Below, piece by piece: positions 18,493 to 28,645 of a stretch of DNA of 64,000 nt. Every line of letters begins with the position of its first letter. The stretch's first letter is position 1. A program made the translations under genes and the position numbers. The stretch is from assembly GCA_018821305.1 (NCBI GenBank), contig JAHJMN010000021.1, positions 17,451 through 81,450 of the forward strand, written 5' to 3'. The stretch comes from Myxococcota bacterium (GTDB taxonomy: Bacteria > Myxococcota_A > Polyangia > HGW-17). The notes beneath the pieces are model-generated. The model had not been told where the DNA came from. It was given only the letters and a program-made list of their open reading frames with translations, and made no database searches.

Positions 18493-19980
18493 ATGATACG
18501 ACAAGGGAAAGCTCCTGTTTTAACACCACCGGGTTTGCAGTACCTTGTTATATTCTTTACATGGGCTATATTTTTTGAAGTTGCAATTAGAAAACTTTTA
18601 CTATACTTCAATCAGCCGTCCCATGAATTAGCTGAAATCAGTCGAAATTTTGCCTTTTTCTCCCCTTTTGCGACTTTTTCTATTTACCAGACTCAGATCA
18701 TGGCTTTTCTCACTACAATTGCCACTGTTTCAATAATTTTGCGAACACGAATAGAAACACCATTCTGGAGAATCGCATTGGGCGTTGTGCTGTTTTTCTC
18801 TTTACCAGTTTTAATCCTTAATGGGTTACTTGTTCCAACACATCATGCGGGAGCATCTCTCTGGTATTACCTGAGTTTTATTTCTTCTCTGATCTTAACA
18901 ACAGTTACATTCTGGCTATTCAATACAGGTTCTCTTGATTTTCGTCGACAGATAGCCTGGATAGCGTTCATTCTCCCTGCTTTACTGATTATTCTCAGCA
19001 AAACATATATTTATAATGCCGGTCCAGGCAGCAAAACAGGATATCAACTTTTTCAAGCAGGTACATATATATTTATTTATCAGGCGATCTTATGGCCTTT
19101 TTTGCTATTGAGAGACATCAGAATTAATCCATGGACCCTGCTTATTTCATTTCTTGGTTCTTTCATTATTGCGATCTGGTTTAGATTTGATCATTCTGCG
19201 GCAGGAGTGTTTTTTTCATTGTTCCGCATTACTATTCCCCTGAGTATTTTTGCCAGATTGATGTTTTTTATTGCCCTCTGGTCCACTTTTTATACTCTGG
19301 GAGAATTATTTTTCAGTTCACGCAATCGCTCTATTATACTGGCTTTCAGTTCGTTGCTCTGGGTTGTATCCGGCTACACTCCATGGGTAGAAGAAGAGAT
19401 CCTTCCCTTTATTGCGGTAGTGTTACTTTTGGCCATTGCAATTGAAAAGCCAGAACTTCCTCCTTCCAAGTCACTTCCATTTCCAGAAGACTCCTGGTGG
19501 AAAGCTAATATTTCTAAAAATGTTGTCATTACCAAGTCTAAATGGTTAATTTTATTTAAAAAATTTACTGTCGAATTTTCCGGACCAAGTGCTCTCCCGG
19601 TAAAACTGATTGTCAAATCAGGCTTCAAAGATCGTATTTCATCCTTCCTTATAATAACGGGAATGCCACCGTCAGGAGATCCTGATTGGATTGCCACGAA
19701 CAACGAACTTGTTCCCGTTTCGAGACATTTATTTTCTGCACTACCCAAAGTAGTTTCCTTTGGGAAAGAAAACTATATGATTTGGGACAGGAACTTCTTC
19801 ACAGATGAAATTTTAACGAAAGATTTCAAAAAGTTTCTCTCAGATAATCTTACAGGTGAAGTAAGGATATGGTGGGGTTCAGGTCTTGTTTATGAGAGTG
19901 TCATCTCCCCTGACTCCCTTGAAAGCCTTCGCTTTATAATAAAAATAGTAGTAAAAGCCGGTAGCAAAGCAGACATGTAA
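18493..19980 (+). CDS. Polytopic integral membrane protein with a ~170-aa C-terminal soluble domain. The likely start is the ATG at 18493.
   Basis: At least 9 hydrophobic helices are followed by a hydrophilic C-terminal domain. A GGAG RBS lies 5 nt upstream of 18493. The listed ORF start at 18247 would overlap the divergent gene start at 18289. Confidence 0.5.
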   Translation: MIRQGKAPVLTPPGLQYLVIFFTWAIFFEVAIRKLLLYFNQPSHELAEISRNFAFFSPFATFSIYQTQIMAFLTTIATVSIILRTRIETPFWRIALGVVLFFSLPVLILNGLLVPTHHAGASLWYYLSFISSLILTTVTFWLFNTGSLDFRRQIAWIAFILPALLIILSKTYIYNAGPGSKTGYQLFQAGTYIFIYQAILWPFLLLRDIRINPWTLLISFLGSFIIAIWFRFDHSAAGVFFSLFRITIPLSIFARLMFFIALWSTFYTLGELFFSSRNRSIILAFSSLLWVVSGYTPWVEEEILPFIAVVLLLAIAIEKPELPPSKSLPFPEDSWWKANISKNVVITKSKWLILFKKFTVEFSGPSALPVKLIVKSGFKDRISSFLIITGMPPSGDPDWIATNNELVPVSRHLFSALPKVVSFGKENYMIWDRNFFTDEILTKDFKKFLSDNLTGEVRIWWGSGLVYESVISPDSLESLRFIIKIVVKAGSKADM

Positions 19981-20102
19981 ATGGCTTTTACGAAAAATTT
20001 GAAAACACGTATTTCAAGCATGCAGTTTCGCGAAGTAAGAATCCAAGAAGACATGGAAAATGTAGGGAGTTTTAAAGAGTAAAACGGGGAAAATAGTAGT
20101 GA

Positions 20103-21032
20103 TTATTTCATCTGGGCTATATAGCCCTCATTTCGGAGCATTATAAGGATTTCATAAGTGTCAAGATCGCTGTATGAACTTCTGTCAAGAATGATTTTTA
20201 CACTTCCAATATTATGAGCCAGTTGAAGTACATCCAGTTGCTGAGGACTGAGATTCTTTAATGGCGGAGTCAAGGGAGATGCAAGAGTGAAATATGTTTC
20301 GAGGGAAGGAAGATCCTTTTTAAGCCGATTTATTTCATCAAGAATTCTCATGCCTTCCATTAAAAGGCCTTCAGTAGACTCTTTGATTTCATTAAGAAAT
20401 TCAGCATCGTCGGGAGGAAGCAAATCAAATGTACCGGATACCCATGTAATAATTCTGTAAAATGCCTTTGTAGGGTCAAGGTCAAAATTATTATTGATAG
20501 TACAATAATACACCTTTCCATCGCGAAGGTATAATCGAGCTTCCATATCGGAACTGAAAACAGTCAAAACACCGGACTTGCGGCTCGTCGAAAGTAACTG
20601 CAACAAATCAGGAAGAGGGATTTCATCAATGGAGCCGCTCATATGGCGAGTAATTGACATGGTCGTGCGTTTTGATCCAGGGCCCTCCCCAGTCGTTTCC
20701 GCTTCTTCTGGAGCTTCGACCAGGCTGTCCTCGACTGAAACAAGTTTCAGAACGCTGGTACCAATCAAAACACGATCACCTTCTTTTAACTCAACCGGTT
20801 CCGATGCGACACGTTCACCGTTCACAAATGTCCCATTTGTAGATCCTAAATCAACGATAGTAATACGATTATTAGCTGTGGAGATTTTAGAATGACGCCT
20901 GGAAACCATGTCTTCAACAAGAACCATGTCACCATCAGTAGCGCGACCTACAATAACATCACGGCCCATTTTCAATTTGAACTGACCGCCTTGATACTTT
21001 CCTGAGATAAAACGCAAAGCGTATTCTGTCAT
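20103..21032 (-). CDS. FHA-domain protein with a C-terminal DUF4388 domain.
   Basis: The FHA core is present (GRDVIVGRATDGDMVLVEDMVSRRHSKIS…IVDLGSTNGTFVNGERV). A DUF4388-like segment follows (IPLPDLLQLLSTSRKSGVLTV…ARLYLRDGKVYY). Confidence 0.8.
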   Translation of the reverse strand: MTEYALRFISGKYQGGQFKLKMGRDVIVGRATDGDMVLVEDMVSRRHSKISTANNRITIVDLGSTNGTFVNGERVASEPVELKEGDRVLIGTSVLKLVSVEDSLVEAPEEAETTGEGPGSKRTTMSITRHMSGSIDEIPLPDLLQLLSTSRKSGVLTVFSSDMEARLYLRDGKVYYCTINNNFDLDPTKAFYRIITWVSGTFDLLPPDDAEFLNEIKESTEGLLMEGMRILDEINRLKKDLPSLETYFTLASPLTPPLKNLSPQQLDVLQLAHNIGSVKIILDRSSYSDLDTYEILIMLRNEGYIAQMK

Positions 21033-21421
21033 AATTCCTCACCAAACCACTGGAAGTCTAAGCCAGTGCTTCGATTACGTCAAGATTTTTGGAGTCACAA
21101 CTTCAGTAATTTCTATACAGCCAGTGTTTGGCGAAAATCGGAAGATGTTACTCCCATTTTTGACTCTGAATCTTGTATCAGATATTGATAAATATGAAAG
21201 CTGATTCTTTGGATTTACATAAATTTTCCGATTATCTTTTTACCAACTTAAAATTTAAAAAAATATGTTTTATTGCTCACAGTTTGTTTGTATACTATCA
21301 TTCGGCAATAAGATAGTGTCCTGATGACAAGACACGAACTAACTGTTTGATTATTAATATTCTCCTTCGTACTGACAAGTTTTTAAAGGAAGAATATTTT
21401 TTTTATCAATTGGAGTGCTGC

Positions 21422-21889
21422 ATGAGTATACAGGAAAAACTAACATCACTACTGAGTCTGGAAATTGGTCCTGAAGTAAGAACTCTCGTTAGCTCAGTTG
21501 GCTCGGATATTTCTGCACTGCCTCGAGATATTTCAATTATACCAACATTTGCTTTTAAGGTTGTGGGTATTGATCCTGAGAAAAAACACTTTGAGGACAA
21601 TGCTCTCAGCGAAAAAGAGTACTTCTACTTCGAAAAATGTTTAAATGCTTCAGTCGCTTTCTTTGCCACACAAACTGAAGATGCAATTCATCTGTTGATG
21701 CAAGCCAAGTGGGACTTCAATGATTGGGCGCTGGCCCATTACCTTCTCGGGCTTGTTATGCTTGAGAATAGAGAATTTAAATCTGCCCTTGATCAGTTCG
21801 ATCAGGCACTGGAGCTTGAACCATTTAATACTAAACCTATGAGAATTTTCCGAGAGATAGCCCATTTCCTGGTAATGCATCCATCCTGA
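21422..21889 (+). CDS. Small hypothetical protein with a TPR-like C-terminal motif.
   Basis: The internal ATG at 21422 gives a 155-aa protein. It carries a TPR-like segment (AHYLLGLVMLENREFKSALDQFDQALELEPFN). Confidence 0.45.
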   Translation: MSIQEKLTSLLSLEIGPEVRTLVSSVGSDISALPRDISIIPTFAFKVVGIDPEKKHFEDNALSEKEYFYFEKCLNASVAFFATQTEDAIHLLMQAKWDFNDWALAHYLLGLVMLENREFKSALDQFDQALELEPFNTKPMRIFREIAHFLVMHPS

Positions 21890-21897
21890 ACCCGATT

Positions 21898-22605
21898 ATG
21901 TCTGACTACGTAGATCTTCATTCACACCTGCTACCCGGCGTTGACGACGGAATGACATCGCTCTCTGAGTGCTTAAAAGCATTAAGACTCTATGAAAACA
22001 TTGGGTTTTCCACAATAATTTGTACTCCACATCAAAAGCAATACTCTCTGAATCCTTCCACCGATTCTCTTATTGAGGTTTTTAATGCTGTGTGTGAGGA
22101 GAATCCAACGAAAATAAAACTTCATCTTGGAGCTGAGAATTATTATGATGATCAGTTCCTTGGCAGGTATTTTCGCAGGCAAATCCCCACTTTGGGTAAA
22201 AGTCGTTTTTTTCTGTTTGAACTTTCTCCCACAATTCCAGTTCCCGGACTCGAAAGAATGCTTTATGAGATCAACGTAACGGGGTTTATTCCTGTTCTTG
22301 CCCACGTGGAGCGCTATGGCTGGCTTGAAAAAAAAGATATCAAACTGTTCAGAGAAAATGTCCGCATTTGTGGTAATCTGACAAGTGTACTCAAGTCTCA
22401 GACACCGGATGACAGGCATCACAAATTGATTAAGTTACTGAAATCCGATTACATTGATTTTATGACCACAGATATACATTCTACTGATTTATTTCCCGGT
22501 ATTGAAAAAGCAGTCAAGTGGCTTACAAAAAACTTTGGCGATGACACCACTGAACGTCTTCTGCATTCTAATCCAATGGAAATCATCAATGATATCCACC
22601 CATAG
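21898..22605 (+). CDS. CpsB/YwqE-family PHP-domain protein-tyrosine phosphatase.
   Basis: The N-terminus (MSDYVDLHSHLLPGVDDGMTSLSECL…TIICTPHQ) and a later …LAHVERY… motif match the manganese-dependent CpsB/CapC PHP phosphatase family. Confidence 0.75.
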   Translation: MSDYVDLHSHLLPGVDDGMTSLSECLKALRLYENIGFSTIICTPHQKQYSLNPSTDSLIEVFNAVCEENPTKIKLHLGAENYYDDQFLGRYFRRQIPTLGKSRFFLFELSPTIPVPGLERMLYEINVTGFIPVLAHVERYGWLEKKDIKLFRENVRICGNLTSVLKSQTPDDRHHKLIKLLKSDYIDFMTTDIHSTDLFPGIEKAVKWLTKNFGDDTTERLLHSNPMEIINDIHP

Positions 22606-23623
22606 CAGCACTTTTTCCTTAAAAAATTCAATCTACCTTTTTTTGTCTATTGCAATTTCCTTATTCTTCACCTGGCTTGCGTTCCGGGACACAGATCTCA
22701 AATGGTTTATAAGCTCTATTAAAAGTATTTCCCCTTTCTGGTTTACGGTATTTATTCTAACTCAATTTGGTATGATTATTTTCCGCAGCGAACGATGGTA
22801 TCATCTAGTGAAGGGTGTTTCTGAAGAAAGGAGATCCCGCTCCCGCGTATACTGGACTTCATTCATTGGGTTTGCGGCGATTCTTGTGTTACCACTTAGA
22901 ATGGGTGAAATTGTCAGACCGATGCTTTTAAGTTCGCCCAAGTCGAGTGAGGACAGATTAAGAACCACCTGGCTTCTTAGTGCAGTACTCGTAGAGCGCA
23001 TTACAGATGGCATCATAATGTCACTTACGGTTTTCTGCTGCATTCTCCTGATACGAAACCCGCCAAACTGGTTATTCATAACTGGATTGATATCTTTATT
23101 ATTTTTCATTGCACTTGCAGGACTAAGCTTGTTTATAAGTTTTTTTCCGGATTTTATAATTCGTCTCGCCGCCCTTCCCCTTCGACTAACCCGAAGAACA
23201 TTTTCCTCGCTCATTATTGAAAAACTCAAGTATATAATTGATGGTATAAGGAAAGGTCTCGCAATGAGCGTTAAACGGCATGAGTTCTCTCATTTCCTTT
23301 TCTTTACAATGGTATACTGGGCATTCAATGCATTTGGTGTATTCGTTCTCGCAAAAGCTTTTTATCTTGATGTCAGCCTGAATATAAGCACACTCATAAT
23401 GTCCCTGGTTGTAATTGGAATTTTTATTCCCGCGGCTCCGGGCCACGTTGGTAACTACCATCACTTCGCACGCCTCGGTCTTTCAATTGCTATTACAGGG
23501 GCCATTCTGGAAGGCCCGGGAATGGCATTTATTTTCACCCTTCATGCTGTCCAGTTTTTACTTTACTGTTTTGCAGGGATACTGGGCATTGCAGCTGGCG
23601 GTCTGAACCGTGAAACTTCATAA
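22589..23623 (+). CDS. UPF0104 / lysylphosphatidylglycerol-synthase-TM-like (flippase-like) membrane protein.
   Basis: Multiple TM helices are present, with the conserved IPAAPGHVGNYHHF segment typical of the LPG_synthase_TM/UPF0104 family. The start was chosen at the internal ATG to avoid a 100-nt overlap with the previous gene. Confidence 0.6.
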   Translation: MISTHSSTFSLKNSIYLFLSIAISLFFTWLAFRDTDLKWFISSIKSISPFWFTVFILTQFGMIIFRSERWYHLVKGVSEERRSRSRVYWTSFIGFAAILVLPLRMGEIVRPMLLSSPKSSEDRLRTTWLLSAVLVERITDGIIMSLTVFCCILLIRNPPNWLFITGLISLLFFIALAGLSLFISFFPDFIIRLAALPLRLTRRTFSSLIIEKLKYIIDGIRKGLAMSVKRHEFSHFLFFTMVYWAFNAFGVFVLAKAFYLDVSLNISTLIMSLVVIGIFIPAAPGHVGNYHHFARLGLSIAITGAILEGPGMAFIFTLHAVQFLLYCFAGILGIAAGGLNRETS

Positions 23624-23668
23624 CTTATACCATTTATTTTAATCTACTCTTCTGAGAGAGAGGTTTTT

Positions 23669-24970
23669 ATGTTTCCTGTTTATGAAATAGTAGGTCTTCT
23701 ATTCTGCATTATAATGAGCAGCTATTTCAGCGGAACTGAGACTGCAATAACTGCCTTGTCACATATGAAAATTAGTATTCTCAAGGAAAATCATCCTTTT
23801 ATATCTCCTGTGCTTTTAAAATGGGAAGAAAATCCCGGAATAATCCTCTCCATACTGCTCATAGGAAATAATATCGTAAATATATTTGGAACTCTCCTTG
23901 CCGGTAGAATAGCGTTTATAGTCTTTTCTGATTTCTCAAGAGGCATGGTAGATTTGATTGCAGGTATTACAATGACTTTTTTTGTCTTGATATTTGGTGA
24001 AGTTACGCCCAAAACTTTCGCTAAAATCAATCCTGAAAAGTGGATAATTCCTGCATTGTTTTTTTTCCGTTTGATTGATTGGATAATCATGCCATTTGCT
24101 ATTGTTTTATCAAAGATGGCTCAATTTTTTGTTAAAATAATGGGAGGGAATAATAAGCCTTCAGAAATTACCCAAAGTGAAATTGAATATATCATTGAAA
24201 AAAGTAGTACCGATGGAGTATTTGATCAGGATGATCAAGGGGAATTATTAAGCAGCGTCATTGAATTTAAATATACGATTGTTCGTGAAATAATGACTCC
24301 CAGAACAGATACAAAATTCCTTTCTTCAAACACTACATTACAAGATGCATTGGACCACGTGCAGGAATGGGGGCATAGCCGCGTCCCAGTCTTCAAGGAC
24401 AACCTTGATAATATAGTTGGAATCCTTTATGTGAAAGATCTGATAAATTTTATTATCTTTGAAAAACATGATCTTAATGAGAAAGTATTGTCTGTCGCAA
24501 GGAAGATCATTCTTTACGTTCCAGAAACGCAGAAAATCAATCAGACTTTAAAAAAATTCCAGCAGACTCGAAACCATCTTGCAATTGTTGTTGATGAGTT
24601 TGGCGGTACTTCGGGCATAATTACCCTTGAGGATATAATTGAAGAAATTGTGGGTGATATTCAAGATGAAACCGACCAGAACTATGCCGATTTGTTTGTA
24701 AGAATTGATGAAAATACTGTAATTGCAGATGCCCATATCAGCATTGACGAACTTGAAACATACTTAAAAATCACTCTACCTGAGTCCTCAGACTATAGCA
24801 GCCTCGGTGGCTTTATCATAAATGAAATCGGCATTGTTCCCCCTGTGGGTTATTTTCTATTGCACAATGGGTTTTCTTATATAATCTCAGAGAGTAATGA
24901 AAAACAGATTTCAAAAGTCCAAATAAAATTTCCCGCAGTGCATAAATCAGAGGATGAGTGCGACCAATAA
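23669..24970 (+). CDS. CNNM/CorC/HlyC-family transporter-associated protein (DUF21 TM domain, CBS pair, CorC_HlyC).
   Basis: The N-terminal DUF21 helices are present (…SSYFSGTETAITALS…). CBS-pair motifs follow, with a C-terminal CorC_HlyC-like domain (…IITLEDIIEEIVGDIQDE…). Confidence 0.85.
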   Translation: MFPVYEIVGLLFCIIMSSYFSGTETAITALSHMKISILKENHPFISPVLLKWEENPGIILSILLIGNNIVNIFGTLLAGRIAFIVFSDFSRGMVDLIAGITMTFFVLIFGEVTPKTFAKINPEKWIIPALFFFRLIDWIIMPFAIVLSKMAQFFVKIMGGNNKPSEITQSEIEYIIEKSSTDGVFDQDDQGELLSSVIEFKYTIVREIMTPRTDTKFLSSNTTLQDALDHVQEWGHSRVPVFKDNLDNIVGILYVKDLINFIIFEKHDLNEKVLSVARKIILYVPETQKINQTLKKFQQTRNHLAIVVDEFGGTSGIITLEDIIEEIVGDIQDETDQNYADLFVRIDENTVIADAHISIDELETYLKITLPESSDYSSLGGFIINEIGIVPPVGYFLLHNGFSYIISESNEKQISKVQIKFPAVHKSEDECDQ

Positions 24971-24978
24971 ACTTTTGC

Positions 24979-25130
24979 TTAGTTACTGTCCTGAAATACC
25001 GGAAATCAAATTTTTAACCAATTTTTTGCTCAGGACAGTAACCGCAAGGTGTTGAAAATATTACTAGTGGCCTGTTAGGATTTTTAATAAAATCCTTCGC
25101 AAAGCGAATTACAGGACACGAACTACTTAG
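24979..25130 (+). mobile_element. Family-1 MITE-like element, copy B.
   Basis: AGTTACTGTCCTGAAATACCGGAAATCAAATTTTTAACC…GCTCAGGACAGTAACCGCAAGGTGTTGAAAATATTACTAGTGGCCTGTTAGGATTTTTAATAAAATCCTTCGCAAAGCGAATTACAGGACACGAACTA is near-identical to copy A. Confidence 0.8.
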
Positions 25131-25218
25131 CCCGCTTCATGAGTAAAAGGACGAAATCTCAAAAGTGAATATTTGACTCAATTTTTTGTAATTTTACATT
25201 GATATTAGATGTTTATGT

Positions 25219-25380
25219 TCTGACCCTATCCCTGTTTACCTGACTATCTTATTCCCAGTTAAAATATTTCAGGTAACCATGAAATCAGTAGAAGGAACAG
25301 GAAACCAGGGGCTCTTTCCCGAAATATTTCTTTAAATTAAGTTACTATCGCATAACTCCGCAAGCGGTATAGCCCGAAGA
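25219..25380 (-). repeat. Family-2 structured repeat, 5' portion in reverse orientation, ending in the CCGCAAGCGGT…ACCGCTTGCGG hairpin.
   Basis: The reverse complement aligns with the 5' ~170 bp of the units at 28646-28966 and 56943-57412 (…TTCAGGTAACC…CAGTAGAAGGAACAGGAAACCAGGGGCTC…). It has a terminal 11-bp palindromic stem. Confidence 0.7.
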
Positions 25381-25415
25381 CCGCTTGCGGAACTGACGGT
25401 CGGGAACTGATGGTT

Positions 25416-26648
25416 TCAAGGATTGGATTCTACTACGGGCCGAGGGAGCTTTGGAAAAGTACCGCGGCAAAATTGAGGATATTCCCCCGGTGGCATCTTT
25501 TCTATTAATTCCAGAAGTTTAATATGTGTTGTGCAGATTACTTCAGGCTTTGAGCAAACAGTTTTAGCGAAAAGCTTCATCACTTCCCAATAAGCCCAAT
25601 CATGCCAGTTTACAAAGTGATGTCCTATACTTATAGGTGCTCTAGCACCGTAATAATTTGTATTAAAATATTCAAGGTAAGTCATAAACACATCATTGAT
25701 AATTCTCGTTTTTGTCTCTGCCGTTAGCCGAACATTTTTATAATACATGTAAAAATTATGATCCATAGCTATAACATGTTTATGATATTTTCTCTTTTTC
25801 CTTATAATATCAGACGGAACGACACCCAGTGGGAAAAACCAGATATTGCCATATTTTTGAGGCCAGTAAGGAGCTACCCGGTATCTACTGGCATCATAAC
25901 GATAATTATGCTTAGCCAATGTTCTATACAAATGACCATTCACGGCTAAATGCGGAGCTCTAAACCCTTTCATATTTGTGATAATATGCTCCCATTCAGC
26001 ACCAGGTTCGACATCAAGACGATTGTTTTTCTTTACATTACGTAATAGATCGGAAAACTGGTTAATTTCCCGATTCCATTGGGATAGAGAAAAAGACTTC
26101 CCGGAAAAATGGCCATTGGCATGGGAAGCAATTTCGTGACCTTCACGATACGCCCTTGTGATGTAATATATATTTTCTACAATTTCATTCTTATTTCGGG
26201 AAAAGCCAATTTCGGAATTGCCTCTTCGACCATCCGGAGAGCGGTATAAGCCTCGGTTTTTATGTTCAAGCATATATACGCCACTAACAAAAAAGGTGAA
26301 CTTGATATTTTCTTCCGATGCAAACTTTAAAACCCAATCCCACATCTGTTTCCGGTGGGGACTATCAAATGACAAAAGTACGACCTGATAAGGACGTCCA
26401 TCACCTGTCTTATAAACTGGGCCATCAGGATATTTGCGAAGAGATGGTTTTATATTGGGTTTAACTGGTTCGGATGGACGGACTTTGGCAATAAAAGTCT
26501 CTTTTTCTAATTCTTTTGCTATTTCATGATGATAGGACTCGTATCTTTTTATTCCATGGTCATCATAATGATGCCCGTTATCCATATGTGTCTGTACACG
26601 GCCGCAAGAGAACACTGTAAAGAATGAAATCAATAAAATCCTAACCAT
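25416..26648 (-). CDS. Polysaccharide deacetylase (NodB/CE4-like) family lipoprotein.
   Basis: The N-terminus is a signal peptide with Cys (LLISFFTVFSCG). NodB-like motifs follow (VVLLSFDSPHRK…FFVSGVYM…IASHANGHFSG). Confidence 0.7.
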   Translation of the reverse strand: MVRILLISFFTVFSCGRVQTHMDNGHHYDDHGIKRYESYHHEIAKELEKETFIAKVRPSEPVKPNIKPSLRKYPDGPVYKTGDGRPYQVVLLSFDSPHRKQMWDWVLKFASEENIKFTFFVSGVYMLEHKNRGLYRSPDGRRGNSEIGFSRNKNEIVENIYYITRAYREGHEIASHANGHFSGKSFSLSQWNREINQFSDLLRNVKKNNRLDVEPGAEWEHIITNMKGFRAPHLAVNGHLYRTLAKHNYRYDASRYRVAPYWPQKYGNIWFFPLGVVPSDIIRKKRKYHKHVIAMDHNFYMYYKNVRLTAETKTRIINDVFMTYLEYFNTNYYGARAPISIGHHFVNWHDWAYWEVMKLFAKTVCSKPEVICTTHIKLLELIEKMPPGEYPQFCRGTFPKLPRPVVESNP

Positions 26649-26800
26649 AAAATCCAATTCTATCAAAGGAATAGACAGTTTTCGGAGAAAAAGGGGCGAA
26701 GTCTTGTGACTTACACTAATAGTTTTAATGATTTTATAAAATGAGTCAATCCGGAAAAAATCATTGGCTCCCAATATTTACAAACCGAGCAACATTGGGT

Positions 26801-27856
26801 CTAGATGTGATTTTTCTTGAAGAGACGCACAAACTGATCAAGAAATGTAATACCCGCCATACCTAAATTAATTGAAACCTGCAGATAGTACATACCTTTT
26901 AAAAAGCCTGCCAGACTGAAAACAAGATGAATGAAGAGAATAACATCCCGGCGAAAAAGATAAGAAATATAAGTAAAAGGACCTTTTTCCTTGGAAGCAC
27001 TACCTTTCTCACCTAAAAAAAAGTATGGATATTGAGCAGTATCGATTACTCCAATACGATTGAGAACTTTATAGACCATAATCGAACTTATTGCGTAAAG
27101 ACCTGCACTCGTCCACATCAGTATTGCAAGGTGAGATTGAGATAAAACTGCAAACCCAAGACCGATACTGAATGCAATTGTAGCGAGATCATCAACGATG
27201 GAATCAAGCCACTGACCGAATACGCTTCCCTCAACTTTTAAGCGCGCAATTTCACCGTCCACACAATCAAAAACATTGGAAAACCAGTATAAAATCGCAC
27301 CCAGAATGAGTAAACCGGGAAATGCAACTGCCAAAGCGCCGGAAAAAGCCATAAAGGCACTGATAAGCGTTGCATGGTTCGGAGTCACTGGAAAATTGAT
27401 TAAAACACGACTGAAAACGCGGGAAACTGGCCTGCTTAGATAATATGCAACAATGCCATCATTTTCAATAGGCTTTCGAAGATCCTTCCACAGATACTTT
27501 TGTATTTCCCCAAGATCTCTATCATTCTTAGCGATCATGACCGGAGAAATTTCTGAAACTACACCATCTTTAAAATCAATAATATCATTTATTTTATAAA
27601 GACCAGCGCCATTAAAAATGGGGGTGTCCCCTTCCACAGAGTCGAAGTCTGAAAAATCAGTTTTCCAATTATCATTGTAGTAACTAATGAGAGTTCCAGG
27701 AGTTGATTCTTTAAGGTAAACAGTTGAGTAACCAGCTTTTTTCAGTTGTCTGTATAATCGCACATGCATCGGAAGCCCAGCAACCTTGCGGCTTGTGCTG
27801 AACCCCAGAGACGAGCCATCAACAATTACCCTGCTATCCGAAGAGTTTTTCAGCAT
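26801..27856 (-). CDS. CDP-alcohol phosphatidyltransferase family membrane protein with a ~150-aa N-terminal soluble extension.
   Basis: The CDP-OH_P_transf signature is present (DCVDGEIARLKVEGSVFGQWLDSIVDD), embedded in TM helices. The gene overlaps the upstream nucleotidyltransferase gene by 23 nt. Confidence 0.75.
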   Translation of the reverse strand: MLKNSSDSRVIVDGSSLGFSTSRKVAGLPMHVRLYRQLKKAGYSTVYLKESTPGTLISYYNDNWKTDFSDFDSVEGDTPIFNGAGLYKINDIIDFKDGVVSEISPVMIAKNDRDLGEIQKYLWKDLRKPIENDGIVAYYLSRPVSRVFSRVLINFPVTPNHATLISAFMAFSGALAVAFPGLLILGAILYWFSNVFDCVDGEIARLKVEGSVFGQWLDSIVDDLATIAFSIGLGFAVLSQSHLAILMWTSAGLYAISSIMVYKVLNRIGVIDTAQYPYFFLGEKGSASKEKGPFTYISYLFRRDVILFIHLVFSLAGFLKGMYYLQVSINLGMAGITFLDQFVRLFKKNHI

Positions 27857-28544
27857 TCTCTAGGTCTTCTTTATTATCGATTTCAATCCATTGAGAAGTA
27901 ACTTTTACAGCGTGTACATGGAGGTTTTTTCTTGCAAGACGGCCATAGGCTTCCTCGTAGTATGCATTTCCAGCACCCTCATCGTACATTGCTTGAAGTT
28001 CACTAAAAAGTGGTGCGGAACCAGCGGCGGTTACGAATTCGATGCCAATACTCTCGCCCCATGCTTCTCGAGGTGGTATTTCTTTAGAAAAATCAATGAT
28101 TTTGCCAGAGTCATCGATCTTGACCTTCATTTCCTCTTCGCCCATATTATCTCGGACTTCGACGGATATCCTTAAATCACCACTGGAAGCAATAAGATTG
28201 CGAGGAATCTGATTTTCAAAAATCAAATCGCTATCGATTTTAAAAAAATCAAAACCTGAAAGATGCTTTTCTGCACAAAGCAGGCTATAGTAATTACCAA
28301 GGTCTTCGTAACGTTCATTATAAATAAAGGTTACTTTTTCCGTCCTTCCCTCCCAGAATTTCCTGATTTCCTCTTCTTTGTATCCCGTGACAACAACATA
28401 CTCTTCAAAATCAAATTCTTTCATAGTATCAAGAATATATTGGAGCATTGGTTTGCTTCCGACCGGAACCAGCGCTTTGGGTACCGTGTCCGTATATGGT
28501 CTAAGTCTGCTTCCATAACCTGCTGCAAGAATACAAGCTTTCAT
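27834..28544 (-). CDS. Sugar/alcohol-phosphate nucleotidyltransferase (cytidylyltransferase-like), 236 aa.
   Basis: The N-terminal motif MKACILAAGYGSRLRPYTDTVPKALVPV is canonical for NTP_transferase. The gene is translationally coupled to the CDP-alcohol phosphatidyltransferase gene. Confidence 0.8.
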   Translation of the reverse strand: MKACILAAGYGSRLRPYTDTVPKALVPVGSKPMLQYILDTMKEFDFEEYVVVTGYKEEEIRKFWEGRTEKVTFIYNERYEDLGNYYSLLCAEKHLSGFDFFKIDSDLIFENQIPRNLIASSGDLRISVEVRDNMGEEEMKVKIDDSGKIIDFSKEIPPREAWGESIGIEFVTAAGSAPLFSELQAMYDEGAGNAYYEEAYGRLARKNLHVHAVKVTSQWIEIDNKEDLENAEKLFG

Positions 28545-28645
28545 GAGCGTAACCCTTTCTGACTGATGATTAATTTATTTCTTCGCATATGTCCACATTT
28601 TTCAGTAGACAAATTGACCAATTTCTTTTTTCAATTTTATCATTA

